A DNA stretch of 64,000 nucleotides from the NCBI GenBank assembly GCA_015680685.1, contig MNCI01000808.1, positions 452,413 through 516,412 on the forward strand, read 5' to 3'. The DNA is from Gnetum montanum (taxonomy: Eukaryota; Plantae; Gnetophyta). The notes below the pieces were generated by a model, which was given only the letters and a program-made list of their open reading frames with translations, ran no database searches and was not told where the DNA came from. Of the stretch, positions 51,961 through 64,000 are shown one piece after another (position 1 is the stretch's first letter; each line of letters begins with the position of its first letter). The position numbers and the translations under genes are program-made.

Positions 51961-53883
51961 ATCAATTCTTTTAATTTCTTATTTTACAACATTTTTGTTT
52001 TACATGTTTTTTTCTTACACATTTTTGTTTTACAAATTTCTTTAACTTTTCTTGTTTTTGTTTTACAACATCATTATACTTTTCCATTTTGTGTGTGTGT
52101 CTGTGATCCACCCTGTAAGTTTGTCCCATAATACGTGTTCTTCATGATGGTATGAACTATTTTGTTGTTGATTTCTAATGTTTGATTTTTACCTTTAAGT
52201 AACAATGTTGATACTAAGATATATTTCTTTTGATATGGCAGACAATCAGATCACTTCATCCATCCATCCAAAATTTCCTATGGTTTCTCTCGGCTTGGAA
52301 ATGTACAAGTCCCCTTCTAATAAGAACTTTAATGAATCGGTGACTGGGCATTTCTCAAACTAAGGAAGGATTCAAGGATTGAAAAAGGGTGTGACTTCAA
52401 GGGAACTTGATGCTTTTGTGTTGGCCATTCTCTTGGGTGCTTGGATGTTTTCTTCTCAAGTTTTCTTACCATTCTGATGTTACCCAATCATTGGGAAGCT
52501 GAGTAATAAAAATAGCAAAGCCTTTGCATGGTGTGGTTCTCATGCATAAAAACAAAAAATAGAGAAAAAAAAAGAGAAGAAAAAGAAAAGGAAGAAAAGT
52601 GAGAATTCAAAGCACACTCCTTAGACAAAATAAACTTAGGCTACAAACACTGGTTATGGAACCAAAAGTGTTCCCTTTAACTAAGACCCTTCTCGCTTCC
52701 CATTCTCTCCTTGTTTTGTCAAAATGGTGGTAACTCTTGGGGAAGGCATTCTTGTTATCCACGTGGATGGTTTGGCCAAATGCATTGATGCGAAGTCACT
52801 GGAAGTGGTTTGTTTGAGGTCGGAGTTGGAATGAGATCTGCCAAGTCACATTAATCATGCAACACACAGGGGGCTGTACACCATCTTGTTCTTGGGATTC
52901 CATTCCATTCTCTTTTCTCCATCCTTCTCTCCATTGTTCACCTCATTGCCGATTGTATCATTAGTGGATATATTTTGGTGGATGCATTGTTTTCTTTTTG
53001 GTAAAAGCTTGTGGTTAAGACTTTAACTTCTGTTCCAAATGACATTCCCAGAGCCTATGGACTCTTTGAATGTGGGTTTGTCAGGGCATTAAGGGCATGA
53101 GCCTGCTTTGGGGAGAACCCACTGACATTCCTATTTGGTGCACCAGTTAAATTCTTTCCCCTAACATCTCTGCAATTACTTATTATTTTGTTCATTTCCA
53201 TCTTGACATCCGATTCACTAATGTTTTCAGTTATCCCTTTTTATCTATCTTTCTTACTCCTTTTTTTTCTCCATTCTACCACTACCGGAGATTCGCGATT
53301 AGTCATGGGGGTATGGGGCTTGATTTTTTTGATTTTCTCCAAGCCCCAAATTTTTTGATTTTCTTCCTAACCCCTACACCTTTGGTAGTCATCATTAATA
53401 TATTCCCAAGTTTGAATCAGCCATACCACAACCTAGCCAATGGACTTACACCGAAGGAAGGTATTAATTACATGATGATTCATTTACCCTTACTAATATA
53501 AGATTGTGTTGTGTATGAAGATGGTGATCATGCAATAATGGACTAGATTTGGAGGGAACACATGGAATGGAGCAGCACTACAGCAGCTATGCAAGGAGTA
53601 AGATCGATGGCGTGCTTACCGATGGACAATGGAAGGCACAATCTTGGCGTTGGCAGCAACAACACTTCTTTTTCTTTCTCTCTTTCTCACCTGCCAAATG
53701 AGGCCTAATGTCAATGTAATAAGGTGTTCACCCTTGTTGTCATGAACACTAGTTTTGTCAATTCTTATAATGATGATTTGTTCACATGTCATCTCATTAG
53801 TTCCATTCCCCTCAATAAGTCCATACCTTCCTGATATTATTGTAAGGAACTCGAGGACGAGTTTTCATTCAGTCATGGAGGTA

Positions 53884-55015
53884 TGATGAGACATGATTCA
53901 CATGAGCCGTGATATCACGTCGTCACCTACGATATCACATACGTAATATCATAGTCCACCACCATATCTATAAATAAGAAGCAGCTCTCCCTTGTTTCAT
54001 CATCCTAGGCTAGAAGTAGGGAAAATCTGGCAGTTTGATTACTCCAGAGATAGAATATTTTCTATGTGCCTGCAGCAGGAGTCCTAAAGTGAATGGATCT
54101 TTATTCGAGCAACATTATACCTAAACATAAGTTATGTATGACAATTTAGATGAGCTTCTTGGATAAACCTTGTAGTGCATGGAACATGATTTTATTTAAT
54201 ATTATTTACTACTTTTCTAGTGATGAGGAATGAGTACGACTTGATTACGAGCATCTAAGGATGTGTATGGATAGTCAAGGAATGAATGCTCATGAGTGCA
54301 ACTTGATTATGAGCATGTAAGGATGTGTACAGATAGTCAAGGAATGGATGCTCATGAGTACGACTTGATTACAAGTATCTAAGGATGTGTACAGATAATC
54401 AAGGAATCAGCTGCTCATCGCATGCGATATGAGTATGACTTCATTACGAGCATCTAGTGTGACTACTTGGTAACCCAGTGGCGTATCCAGGATATGTGCT
54501 TGGTAATCCCAGTGGTAGTCGTGCACAAAGATGTGTACAGTTAGTCAAGGAATCAGCTTCTTATCACACTTAGGCTAGATAGCTTCCTCAACCCTTTCCT
54601 CTTAGTTAAGTGCCTCAGTACGACCACTTCGAGCACGTGCATTACACATGGTGATCCCAGTGATGATTAGTGTTTGGTAGCCATGGTTGCATTGGTTCAG
54701 GATGTGTATGGTAAGTGGGAACGGATGCTGATGCTAGGTAATTTAGACTTAGGTCATTAGTTAGAGTTAGTTAGTTTCTCAATCCTTTACCTCAATAGCA
54801 TAGGAGATAAAACCAGAAAATATATAAAAATCATATACCTTAGACATACTTAACCATACACCGTGACAACTACAAGTAAGTCTGGGAAGACAATGAATGA
54901 TTAACCCTAAGTGTTCCATGGGGTGTGTAGGCACTTAGTCTATGAAGTTCGACCAGATCGCACGTGCTACGCTCATTTCGTATGGTTGAGTGTAGGGGTA
55001 CCTCACCACTCATCA
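53884..55015 (+). repeat. 3' LTR of element E (1132 bp)
   Basis: Preceded by actcgaggacgag...agtcatggaggta; followed by ctgcc. Confidence 0.95.
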
Positions 55016-55419
55016 CTGCCAAAGGCATGCATTCTCAGTTTAGATATGGGATTAGCTACCACATAGCTAAACGTCGTTTTAGCTGAGGTGTTGGCAAGGG
55101 GTTGGAGGATGACAATATTATGGCTGGGCCACAATACTGCTAGAACTCTAGAGGTGGGCACTGGCCAAGGAACTACCGTTAGGGTGGTGGGTTGTGGCGA
55201 TGGTAGGTCCAGAGGGCCAGTGTGATGCCATACAACATCTCTGGAGGATCAGCATGATGCCAAGGGTGGTGGCGTTGCATGTATTGCAGACCATGTTCTC
55301 AGTGCATTGTGAACTACATTTTGGAGTTGCAACATCCCACCCCCACGTCAGCACTATGCATGCTTGTTCAATGTGTACTTGGCGTAGATGTGTGCTAGGG
55401 ACGTGATGTGATCCTAGTT

Positions 55420-55635
55420 TAAAGTCCTGATGGACTATGTGCTAGTTTAGAGTCCCAGCAGACGTCTGTGTTGGTTTAAGGTCCCAACAAACCGTACATG
55501 CTTGTTTTACGTCGTAGTAGATGGTTGCTGCTAGTTTAACATCATAGAAGATGCTACTTGTTATTTTTTCTAGTTTAACGTCATAGCGGATGATGCTCGA
55601 TGCCGCTAGTTTAACATCATTGCGAACACTGCTCA
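55420..55635 (-). repeat. Post-integrase tandem repeat of element D
   Basis: Minus-strand units ..atgacgttaaactagca.., homologous to 42100-42590. Confidence 0.75.
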
Positions 55636-55648
55636 TTGCTACCATGCT

Positions 55649-58600
55649 TCAGATGTAGTATGGCATGAGGTATGAGTGATTCACCAGGTTGGCGAACTCG
55701 TTGTTGTCCATGTCCGCCAACTTGAAGGCTCCATTTCTGAAGGCTTTAGTGACCATGTAAGGGCCTTCCCAGTTGGTGAACAACCTTGAGGATGAGGTCT
55801 CCCTTCCGTATTGGCCTTCGATGTCGGTCTGCATGGTGCTTTTGCTATTGCTTGCTTTGGTAGTGCTCTATGCATCTCAGCATTTGCATGTGCTCCTCCT
55901 CTATTGAGTCGAGGTTGATAGTTCACGACTTGTTGTTTTGGGTTTCACTCATGACACCCAATAGGATCATCCGGAGTGATGGTACCTACAACTCAAGAGG
56001 CAACACAGCTTCAGATCCATAAACAAGGCTGTAAGGAGTCTTACTTGTCATGGTTCTACACGTCGTTCTATAGGCCCATAGAATGTAGAGGATTTTCTTG
56101 TGCCACCGCCTCTTGCTGTCGCCAAGCATCTACTTCAACAAGTTGATGATGGACTTATTTGTAGCCTCCGCCTGTCCATTCGCCTATGGGTAGTATAGGG
56201 AGGAGAATGATTGCTTGATGCCTAGGTTGCTACAGAAGGTTTGGGTTTCCGTACTACCAAATTGTGGTCCATTGTTGATCACAATAGACATTGGAAGCCC
56301 AAACATTATCACAATGTTATCCAAGATGAAATGGTAGATTTTTTGAGACATTTTTTTCCTCAGGGGAATGGCTTCCACCCACTCAGTAAAATACTCAATG
56401 GTGGTGATAATGAAGCTATTCCCTATGGAGGACTTAGGCATGATAGGTCCTATGAGGTCTAGTCCCCATCTTTGGAAAGGCTACATGATTTGCATTGGGT
56501 GCAGGTCCATAGGTGAGACATGTATGAGATTTGTGTATCTCTAGAATGTGTCACATGTCTTGACTTTCGATAGGCAGTCATGCTACATGTGGGGCAATAG
56601 TACCCTAGGTGTCTGATTTTCATAGCCATAGCCCTGGGTGCTATGTGTCCACTACATATTCCCTCATTCACTTCATTAACTACCTTCTGCACCTACTCCC
56701 TGCCCATGCATGCAGGCAATATCCTATCGTAGGAGCGTCAGCACAGGGCATCATTCCCCATGAGCATATATTGCCGGGCATGCTTTTGGATGGAATCTCT
56801 CTAAGTAGATGTCAGTCCATGTGGAGATTCACCGTGTTGCAAGTAGGCTTTAATGTGTTTGGCAAAGTGTTGTATGCATAGTGTTTGGGTAGCTGAGAGG
56901 CCTCTGAGTAGCCCCTCATACTTTGCCACATTGTTGGTGCAGGGGAACACCAAATGATAAGCAAATGGGTGCATTTCCCCAGAGGGGAATGTAATGACGG
57001 CACCTGCACTACCTCCTTGAGTGGTTGAAGTGCTGTCAAAGTGTAAGGTATCTTCTAGGTGTGAAGGGATGACGTTGATAGTGCCAACGTGTTCTTCTAG
57101 GAATTCGGGATCTATGGTTGCGTGGTCGTCGACGGGTGAGGTCGTAAATTGCATTGCTATGGATTGACCCTTAGTCGACGATTGGCTTACATAGTGTAGG
57201 TCAAACTCTGCATTTATTACTTTCCATCGGGCTATCTTGCTACTTTCATACAGGTTGTTAGTGATAGCTTAGAGTATGTTGCTTTTGCAAATGATGTTGA
57301 ATGCACTGCAAAATAGATAGTGCCTCCACGTTTTTAGAGCAAACACTAAGGCAAGGCAATGCCTCTCTACTTCGTTGTATTTCATCTCATGCGCTATTAG
57401 TGCATGACTCAAGTAGTACACTGGTATCTCAGATTCGTCATCTCGTTTTTGACATAGCAGTGTTGCAATAGATGTGTCAGAGATGGCAAGGTAGATGAAG
57501 AAAGACTTATCCCTTTGTGGTGGATGCATCGTTGGGAGGTGCGAGAGCTCTTCCTTCAAGTCATCAAAGGCTTGTTGAAACTAGGTTGTCCATTCGAAGT
57601 CAACCCCCTTCTTTAGAAGATGTTGCATGGGGTATAACTTATCAATCAACTTTGCTATAAACTTTCGGATGAACTTTACTCTACCTTGGAAGCCACGTAA
57701 TTCCTTAAGGTTTGTAGGAGGTGCCAGGTTGACGATGGCCTTGACTTTGTCAGGGTCCACCCTTATCCTGGCCTTCGATACTACGAATCTTAACATGCAT
57801 CTGGTTTTCAAACTGAAGACACACTTCTTAGGGTTAAGGCATAGATCATGCATTTGAAAACATTTAAGGACTATCCCTAGATCGCGTGGGTGATGAGCTG
57901 CCTCCTTGGACTTGACTGCTATATCATCCATGTAGTCATTTAACGTTTCTAGGATGTAATCATTGAAGATGTAAGTCATGCCTTTCTGGTAGGTTGCTCC
58001 AGTGTTCTTGATCCTAAAAGGCATCATGATGTAATAGAAGGTACCCCATGGGGTCATGAAGGTTGTTGTCATCTGATGTTCCGGGTTGATGCGAATTTGG
58101 TTGTAGTCCGAAAATCCATCCATGAAGGATAATAGGTCATGACCAGCTGTAGTGTCGATGAGTTGATCTATGCTTGGAAGTAGGAAATAGTCCTTAATTG
58201 TCACCCTATTTAGATCCCGAAAGTCTATGCAGATTCATATTCCCCCCATTTTCTTGGAAACTACGATGATGTTGGAAACCCATTCTGAATAATCAACTGT
58301 GTGGATGAAACTAGCTTGGTATAGCTTGGTGATTTCATCCCTTACAACTAGTGCAATTTATGGATTGATTGCCTTCATGCACGGATCTAGGATGATGTTG
58401 TGTTGTATCAGCCTTGGATCTAAACCTGACATGTCACTGTATGACCATGCAAAGAATTTGATGTTGTCTTCAGAATTTTGGCTACCTTTTTATTCGTATG
58501 TGTGTCTAGGAGGGAGCTAAGCTTTAATTTTTTTACTTCCCCCTTGGATGTGGTCATAGGCATCTCGATGAGAGGGTCCTCGATTACATCCCCAGCCTCC

Positions 58601-58783
58601 AAATCTATGGTTTGAACTAGATGCTCAGGCTAGTCTGGGGATGCTTCTAAAGATGCTATGGTGTTAGCTGTGGTCAACGCCCAGTCAATTAGGTCTGGGT
58701 TTAATTGTCTTGCGAGCTTGCCATGTGGACCTGCTAGGGCTAAAGGCATGGAGAGATTGCGATGAATTTCCATTTTTTTTAAC
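55649..58783 (-). pseudogene. pol: pol of element D: RT-RH-aRH-INT, with an internal deletion of ~0.3 kb in aRH
   Basis: SFMDGFSDYNQI, YMDD, IYLAISD, LHFDSTS, CTNNVAKYEGL, WVEAIPL, NWEGPY. At ~56860, CIQHFAKHIKAYL fuses mid-aRH to the INT N-terminus relative to C. Confidence 0.95.
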
Positions 58784-59527
58784 CTGTAAATATGAGACGA
58801 AAGCTTGGTTAAGAGGCACCTGTTGGTAGCAATCATGTATAGAGAAAACTTGCAAAGTAATGAGATGTAACATAAGGATTACAATTTTTCCAGTTTAAAG
58901 TCATGGCAGACCATTATGGCATGGAGATGTAGAGCTGCTAATAGGAAAAATGCAAACTATCAACATGAGAATGTGAAACTGCTAAGGAGAAAGTGTAAAA
59001 CTGCCAATGCGAGAATGTGAGATTGCTAGTTTAGTGTCATTGCAGACTACAAACGTCTAACAGATCAAAACATGCTAGTTTAATGTCTTTTCAGATCACG
59101 GAAGTTGCAACTGAGCTGGGGTTTGCTAGATTAAGGTCTTTTTGAACTGGTCAGAGTGCAACTATGCTACGATTGCTAATTTAAGGTCTTTTCGGATAGG
59201 TAAAATTGAAAATATATTTTTTTCTCAAGAAAGCAAGTAGTTAGCTTGGAGCATGTCAAAGTTTTAATGCTAACAGTGCTACGATGTTGTGGTTGGCATG
59301 CTACGCTGTACGGTGCACTGTGCATTAAATGGAGAGAGAGAGTGGAAATTTTCCCTTTTTACCATTATGGACATAAATAGGGATTAGAACCTAGTAAGCT
59401 TTTCATTCTCACTATAAGAGAATAGAGCCCGATTCGGAGCATAAGGCCATTTCGGAGCGATTGTGCTAACAGCGAGCAAGGTGGTTTTCTGTACAGTGAC
59501 AAGGAGAAGAGATTTGCAAGTAGAACG

Positions 59528-62500
59528 ATGGATCCGAAGAAGGAACGCATGAATTTGATGCTTGCAAAGGTCGAGGAGGTGAAGAAAACCCTAGGACACA
59601 TGACACAACTGCACGTCACGGCGCTGAAGGTCACGCCATTGAACCGGTAGGTTACTATGCTTCCTTTGTTTTTTCGCGATTCTGTTATCATTTTTTGCTT
59701 ATGTTGTTCTTTACTTTCATTTTGCATCCTAGTTTTAGCCATTTTTTTTTGTCATCATATTTTTTTGGCCTTTGCATCGCCACTGTTGCCATTTCGGCCG
59801 TGATGGATGCATAAACGCTACGCCATCGTTGCATGCAAGGTCGCTTAAACCACCACTTCACGTAGCTTAAGTTACTTGATCTTCGAATGGCGTGACGTAA
59901 GACCTAGAGGAGGGTTGGGCCATGCATGATGCAACATTGTGACATGTGTTCTATCGATGCATATTGTTAATCACCCTGTCAAGGTTAATTGCTCTGTTGC
60001 TACGCTAGGCTATTTTTGCTACACTACTACTTTCATGTTCTGGCTATGCTACGCATGGGAAGAGGTTTATGCTACGCTATATGAATGAACTACTAGGTGT
60101 TGCTATGTTGAATGTGTATTACACTTAGGCATGATGCTAACACTTGTTCGTTGTGTTGTATAGGATGGGACTAAGGCCAATCCTGATTTTTTTAGAAATT
60201 AGAGGGATCTTGTGTCATGTGAGCAAACCTATGGCCAATGCTCCTCCTCCCAAGATACATGTGGGAGAGTGGGGAGTTTGGTTCAAGAAAGGGGCACATG
60301 ACTTCTTACAATTTCTCCTCAACCATTTCAGTGTGATCGTTTGGTCATTCCTAGAGGAGGAGGAGGCGGCCAGCATAACAGAAGCCATATTTCCTAGGGC
60401 AAGTCGGGGCATTCTGAGGTTGTTGACCAATGGGGCAATCATGAGAAGGTAGGGAGAAGGGTCTAGTTAGCACCCAATAGGGTAATGCATTTGTCCTGGA
60501 TCTAGGATATGCCTAAGTAGAGCTACTACCACCATTACAACACACTATTCCTCGCATGTTTTATGACAACATGCTTCCAGAACACCCAGGGAACTATCTA
60601 CTATGCTGGCGAGTGAGATTGGCAGCCTTGTTCAGCTATGTTTGTGTGATGCTAGCCATATTGGCCTAATGCTAACAGTATGTGCCTATTACCAGGTTTT
60701 TCATCAACAAGGATGGGGTTCACAATCGACAAGGTCTGCTGGCTATAGCACAGATAGCCCTGCAAGAGTTCTTTTTTGCTAAGAACTTGTGGGCGGGCGT
60801 GATTGGTCAATGCGGCGGTGAATACCACACCTACCCAGGCACATATTCTATTCCCTACAATTAGTGCAAGGGGCAGCGTTGGATGGATGAGGAGTGAGCA
60901 GGACCCTTCAAACCGATCATGGTTGAACAAGTTTTGATTGACCTTCTGCCGTTCCCGTTACCGTATAGGCCTAGTAGGCCAAGCGGTAAGTGTTGCATGC
61001 TTAAGTGTCTTTGCAATCTTTGTACTTTCTACATTTTTATGCTAAACATTTTTGCGAAAACTATTGCAGGGGCGAAGAATCCCTAGGAGGTGATGATGGT
61101 AACCACCGAGGAATAGGGGACGAACATCTACTTCAAATACAGTGAAGTAGAAGCGAGCCAACGTTGGATAAACGGTGTGGCTTCAGACTCCTTGGTCCAG
61201 AACCTCGAAAAGGATGGACTTATGGATCTATTCCTAGCCCCAAATCCAAGTGTTCCTACCGCCGAGATGCTCTCCCTGGTCAACTTTTTTTTCTGAAAAG
61301 CCGAGCTGCTTCCACACGCACATACAGGGCGTGTGGGTGGTCATTGAAATCAATGATCAGCTGTTTACGGACCTGTTTGGTGTTCCTACTGACAACATCC
61401 TCATAGGGTTGAAGGGCAAGAAGGAGCTGACCCTTTAGAAGAAGGATATTCAGGAGTGGTTGGAGATTGCAAAGGAGCGAAAGGGGCTCCCTATGGATAA
61501 ACTCAAAGACGGGCTCACCTTAGAGATATACCTTGTCTTCCGTGCTCGTGCATTCCCCCAGTTGCTTACCCAAGGAAAGGTCCTGGGGATTGAGAAAGCC
61601 TGGATAATGCGTGAAGTTATGGAGGAGGGGGCCCGTTACAACTGGGCCAACTTCCTATGTAAAGGCTTGTAGGCCGAAATCTTAGGACACTTTCAGAAAT
61701 CAGAGTCCCATTCCAACATACACTATGCCTNGCTTCCTATGTAAAGGCTTGTAGGCCGAAATCTTGGGACACTTTCAGAAATCAGAGTCCCATTCCAACA
61801 TACACTATGCCTTCTACATAGGCTGTTTGAAGTGCTTCGTGATGTTTCTGGTGGTTCAAGAGAATGGATTCTGGGTCATGCAAAATTGCAACCAAATTTC
61901 TAGACCATGTATTCGCTAGATCCTCAAGACCACACAAGCCCAAGATCCTCTAGAAATAATTGGGGAGTCGTTCTCCGTGATGACTAAGGATCGGGTGGCT
62001 CGCAACATTCATGGTCAGGACAACATAGGTGAGACGTCCCTTGCTGTAGCTAGTAGCATCTCATGGGGGGAATGTCTCATAGATGAGACTATGCCCAAAG
62101 AGTTACAGTGGAATAGGCCTCCCCTAGCTGAGGAAACCCTTTGCGCGGAAGAAGAGGAGGGGCAAAGACTATGGCTTAAACTGCAAAGGATGCAACCTCC
62201 CATTGGTAAATGCTTTTGTCTAATGCTTACTTTGTTATTGTTTGCTACGCTAAGCGATGTAGCGTAGCATGGCATCTGCTTTAGGCTAACTTGTTTTGTA
62301 CTAATGCAAACATGTTTCTTTGCTGGCAGAGGAAGAAGAATAAGAAGAAGAAGGTGACAAAGAGGTGTTGGCCCCTAAGACGGGGGCGACGAATAAAGAC
62401 ACGGAGCCCCCTACCTTGGAAGAGAGGGCCCCGGTCAAGCAAAAAAGAGCTCCTATCGTTAAGGCATGGGCTCTTGTCATTAGAGAAAATCCTACTACTA

Positions 62501-62600
62501 ACAAAGAGGAATCTCCCTTGAATAAAAATGATGCTAGTCTCCTAGAAGGAAAGGCACCAGATCTAGTGACATGTGTCCCATGGATAGTTGGCACCAGTTA
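59528..62600 (+). pseudogene. Second copy of the antisense multi-exon accessory gene (exons 1-5, truncated)
   Basis: Exons 59528-59646, 60164-60612, 60696-60985, 61070-62205, 62330-~62560. GT..AG introns with (t)gctaac/gctaaa branch sites. Peptides align with the C copy (PLNR|, FLQF.L, LSWI, .NTLF, FFIN..G, PFPLP, LFTD.FG.P, IMREV.EEG...WA). Confidence 0.85.
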
Positions 62601-64000
62601 GATTTGTGTTAGATAGTTGTGCGTTAGTTGGATGTGTGCTGGATATTTGCCTCCTTTGACCAAGTTCAATGTATTTTACAATTTTTGGGTCATTCAAACC
62701 CATGAAAATACAAACAAATTAGAAAATCCCTCAAGCGATAAAAATTTACAAAGAAAATTAAGAAGGATTAACTCTGCCTTACTTGTCTATCATCCAGCGT
62801 GACCTGCAGTGTGACCTGTACTGTGCCCTCCAAAACTTGCAATTTTGGGCTAAAATCTAGAATTTTTAAAGGCTGGGATCCATAGTTATCAATAGTGGAC
62901 CTTGAGGAAAACTTACACCCTTAAAATCAAGTCATTTTGGCTTAGTTTTGGGGCTCTAAAAGTTGGTGACGTTGATCCTTACGTTGTGCAACGTCTGAAA
63001 AAATAACCCCAGCGTCACCAAGTTAAAATGGCATATTTGAGACCAAAATCTTGATTTTCTAGAGGCTAGGAGCTACTAGGGACCTTGGTGAAGGTCATGG
63101 GGGGTCCTTGTGCTTGATTTTGGCCTATTTTGACCCAATTACGGGGCTCCAAAAGTTGGTGACGCTGATCCTTACGCTGTGCAGCATTTGAAAAACATAA
63201 CCAAAGTGTACTTAGCCAAAAACAAACATTTTTAACCTAAAAATTTTGATTTTGGATGCTGGAAGTTGGTGCATTCACCCGTGGGCCCCAAGGGGACCTT
63301 GCCTGTTGAATCATGGACCATCGGGGGCTGTTTTGGAGGCCTCCAAGTTTGGTCATGCTCTACTCATGTTGGGCAGCAACATGACTTAGCTTGATTCTTG
63401 CCTGAAAGTGCTAGGCCAAAATTAGTGGTGTTTCATTGGCCCCTCTTTGTTGACGTCTGGAGGAATCCACTCGAGAGGTGTCAACAAAGAAGTGCAAAAC
63501 ACCATGAGCAATAAAGCATCAAACATTAACCGTTGCCCCTTGGCTAGGAGTCATCACACCATTTTCAAAAGTACATGGGATTGAGGGAATGTGGTTCAAG
63601 ATGCAAGGGAATCAATTGTAACCAGGGAAGCTAGGAGGTTAAGGGCGATGATTGCTACTGGGATTTGTGGGAGAGTAATGCTCTCTTGTGCATAAGTTAT
63701 GTCATTGGTCCTTGTCAACAGCCGGGTTTTTAGCAGACTCGGAACCAAGACATAGGAGGTGTGTTCTTTGGAGAAATGGGACTCTTATAGAGTATTTGCA
63801 GGGCCCGTTGTAAACAGCCAAAGCCACGCGATGATGTGTAACATGGTCTCTTTGAGACATGAGTGTAACTTTTTTTTTTCAAGACAACTGCCTTCTCACC
63901 TGGGGCTTGTATGAGAATGGCCAATAGTCTTTTGTTTATGATGTCAACAGGGTCTTGAAGAACTTTTCCGTGCATTTTTCTCTTTGACCATTTTTTTGTC
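62600..64000 (-). mobile_element. Element H: 3' internal region, PPT and truncated 3' LTR (63435 to ~62600) of the solo-LTR family
   Basis: Minus strand reads gtcaacaaagaggggccaa|tgaaacaccactaattttggcctagcactttcaggcaagaatcaagctaagtcatg, matching both C's PPT and the start of the solo LTR at 16494. Confidence 0.85.

Larger units (their letters stand above)
47346..55015 (+). mobile_element. Element E: Athila-like non-autonomous LTR element (gag + protease only, 7670 bp)
   Basis: LTRs 47346-48472 and 53884-55015 (TGATGAG...CTCATCA); TSD ctgtc/ctgcc; tRNA-Asp PBS; no RT/RH/INT motifs seen. Confidence 0.93.
46700..62600 (-). mobile_element. Element D: truncated relative of C (antisense gene, pol, 3' region), interrupted by element E; both ends approximate
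   Basis: pol and antisense gene are homologous to C. It also shares the post-integrase repeat and the gggtgggatgttg motif (42648 vs ~55330-55343). E's TSD joins 55021 to 47340. Confidence 0.85.

Noticed and set aside
61651-61812. ~80-bp direct duplication in exon 4 of D's antisense gene
   Set aside because: The two copies flank a single N (61731); this is most likely a scaffold-join overlap artefact rather than biology.

Overview
Plant nuclear, repeat-rich window made almost entirely of nested, decayed Ty3/gypsy LTR retrotransposons. No intact host gene is evident. Main element: a full-length 17.46-kb Tat-type element (C, 27874-45333; 1596-bp LTRs, GTAGT TSD, tRNA-Asn PBS). Its gag-protease and RT-RH-aRH-INT regions are separated by ~5 kb. 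By hand-splicing, that spacer holds an antisense, 8-exon, ~1065-codon gene: an N-terminal FCP1/NIF (HAD) phosphatase-like domain with a degenerate catalytic motif, a central retroelement extra-ORF-like domain and a coiled-coil tail. A diverged second element (D, 55.0-62.6 kb, opposite strand) carries the same gene in the same position with the same intron positions and phases, so it looks like a family-level accessory gene. Also present: an Athila-like gag-protease-only element (E, 47346-55015) inserted in D; an Athila-like 3' remnant with an env-like ORF (A); a PROT-aRH-RT-RH Tat remnant (B); a 2-kb solo LTR with TSD; a third member of the C family (F); a very old chromovirus-like element (G) that is the target of C and F; and a truncated 3' LTR (H). 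All family and domain assignments come from motif recognition by eye, not database searches.
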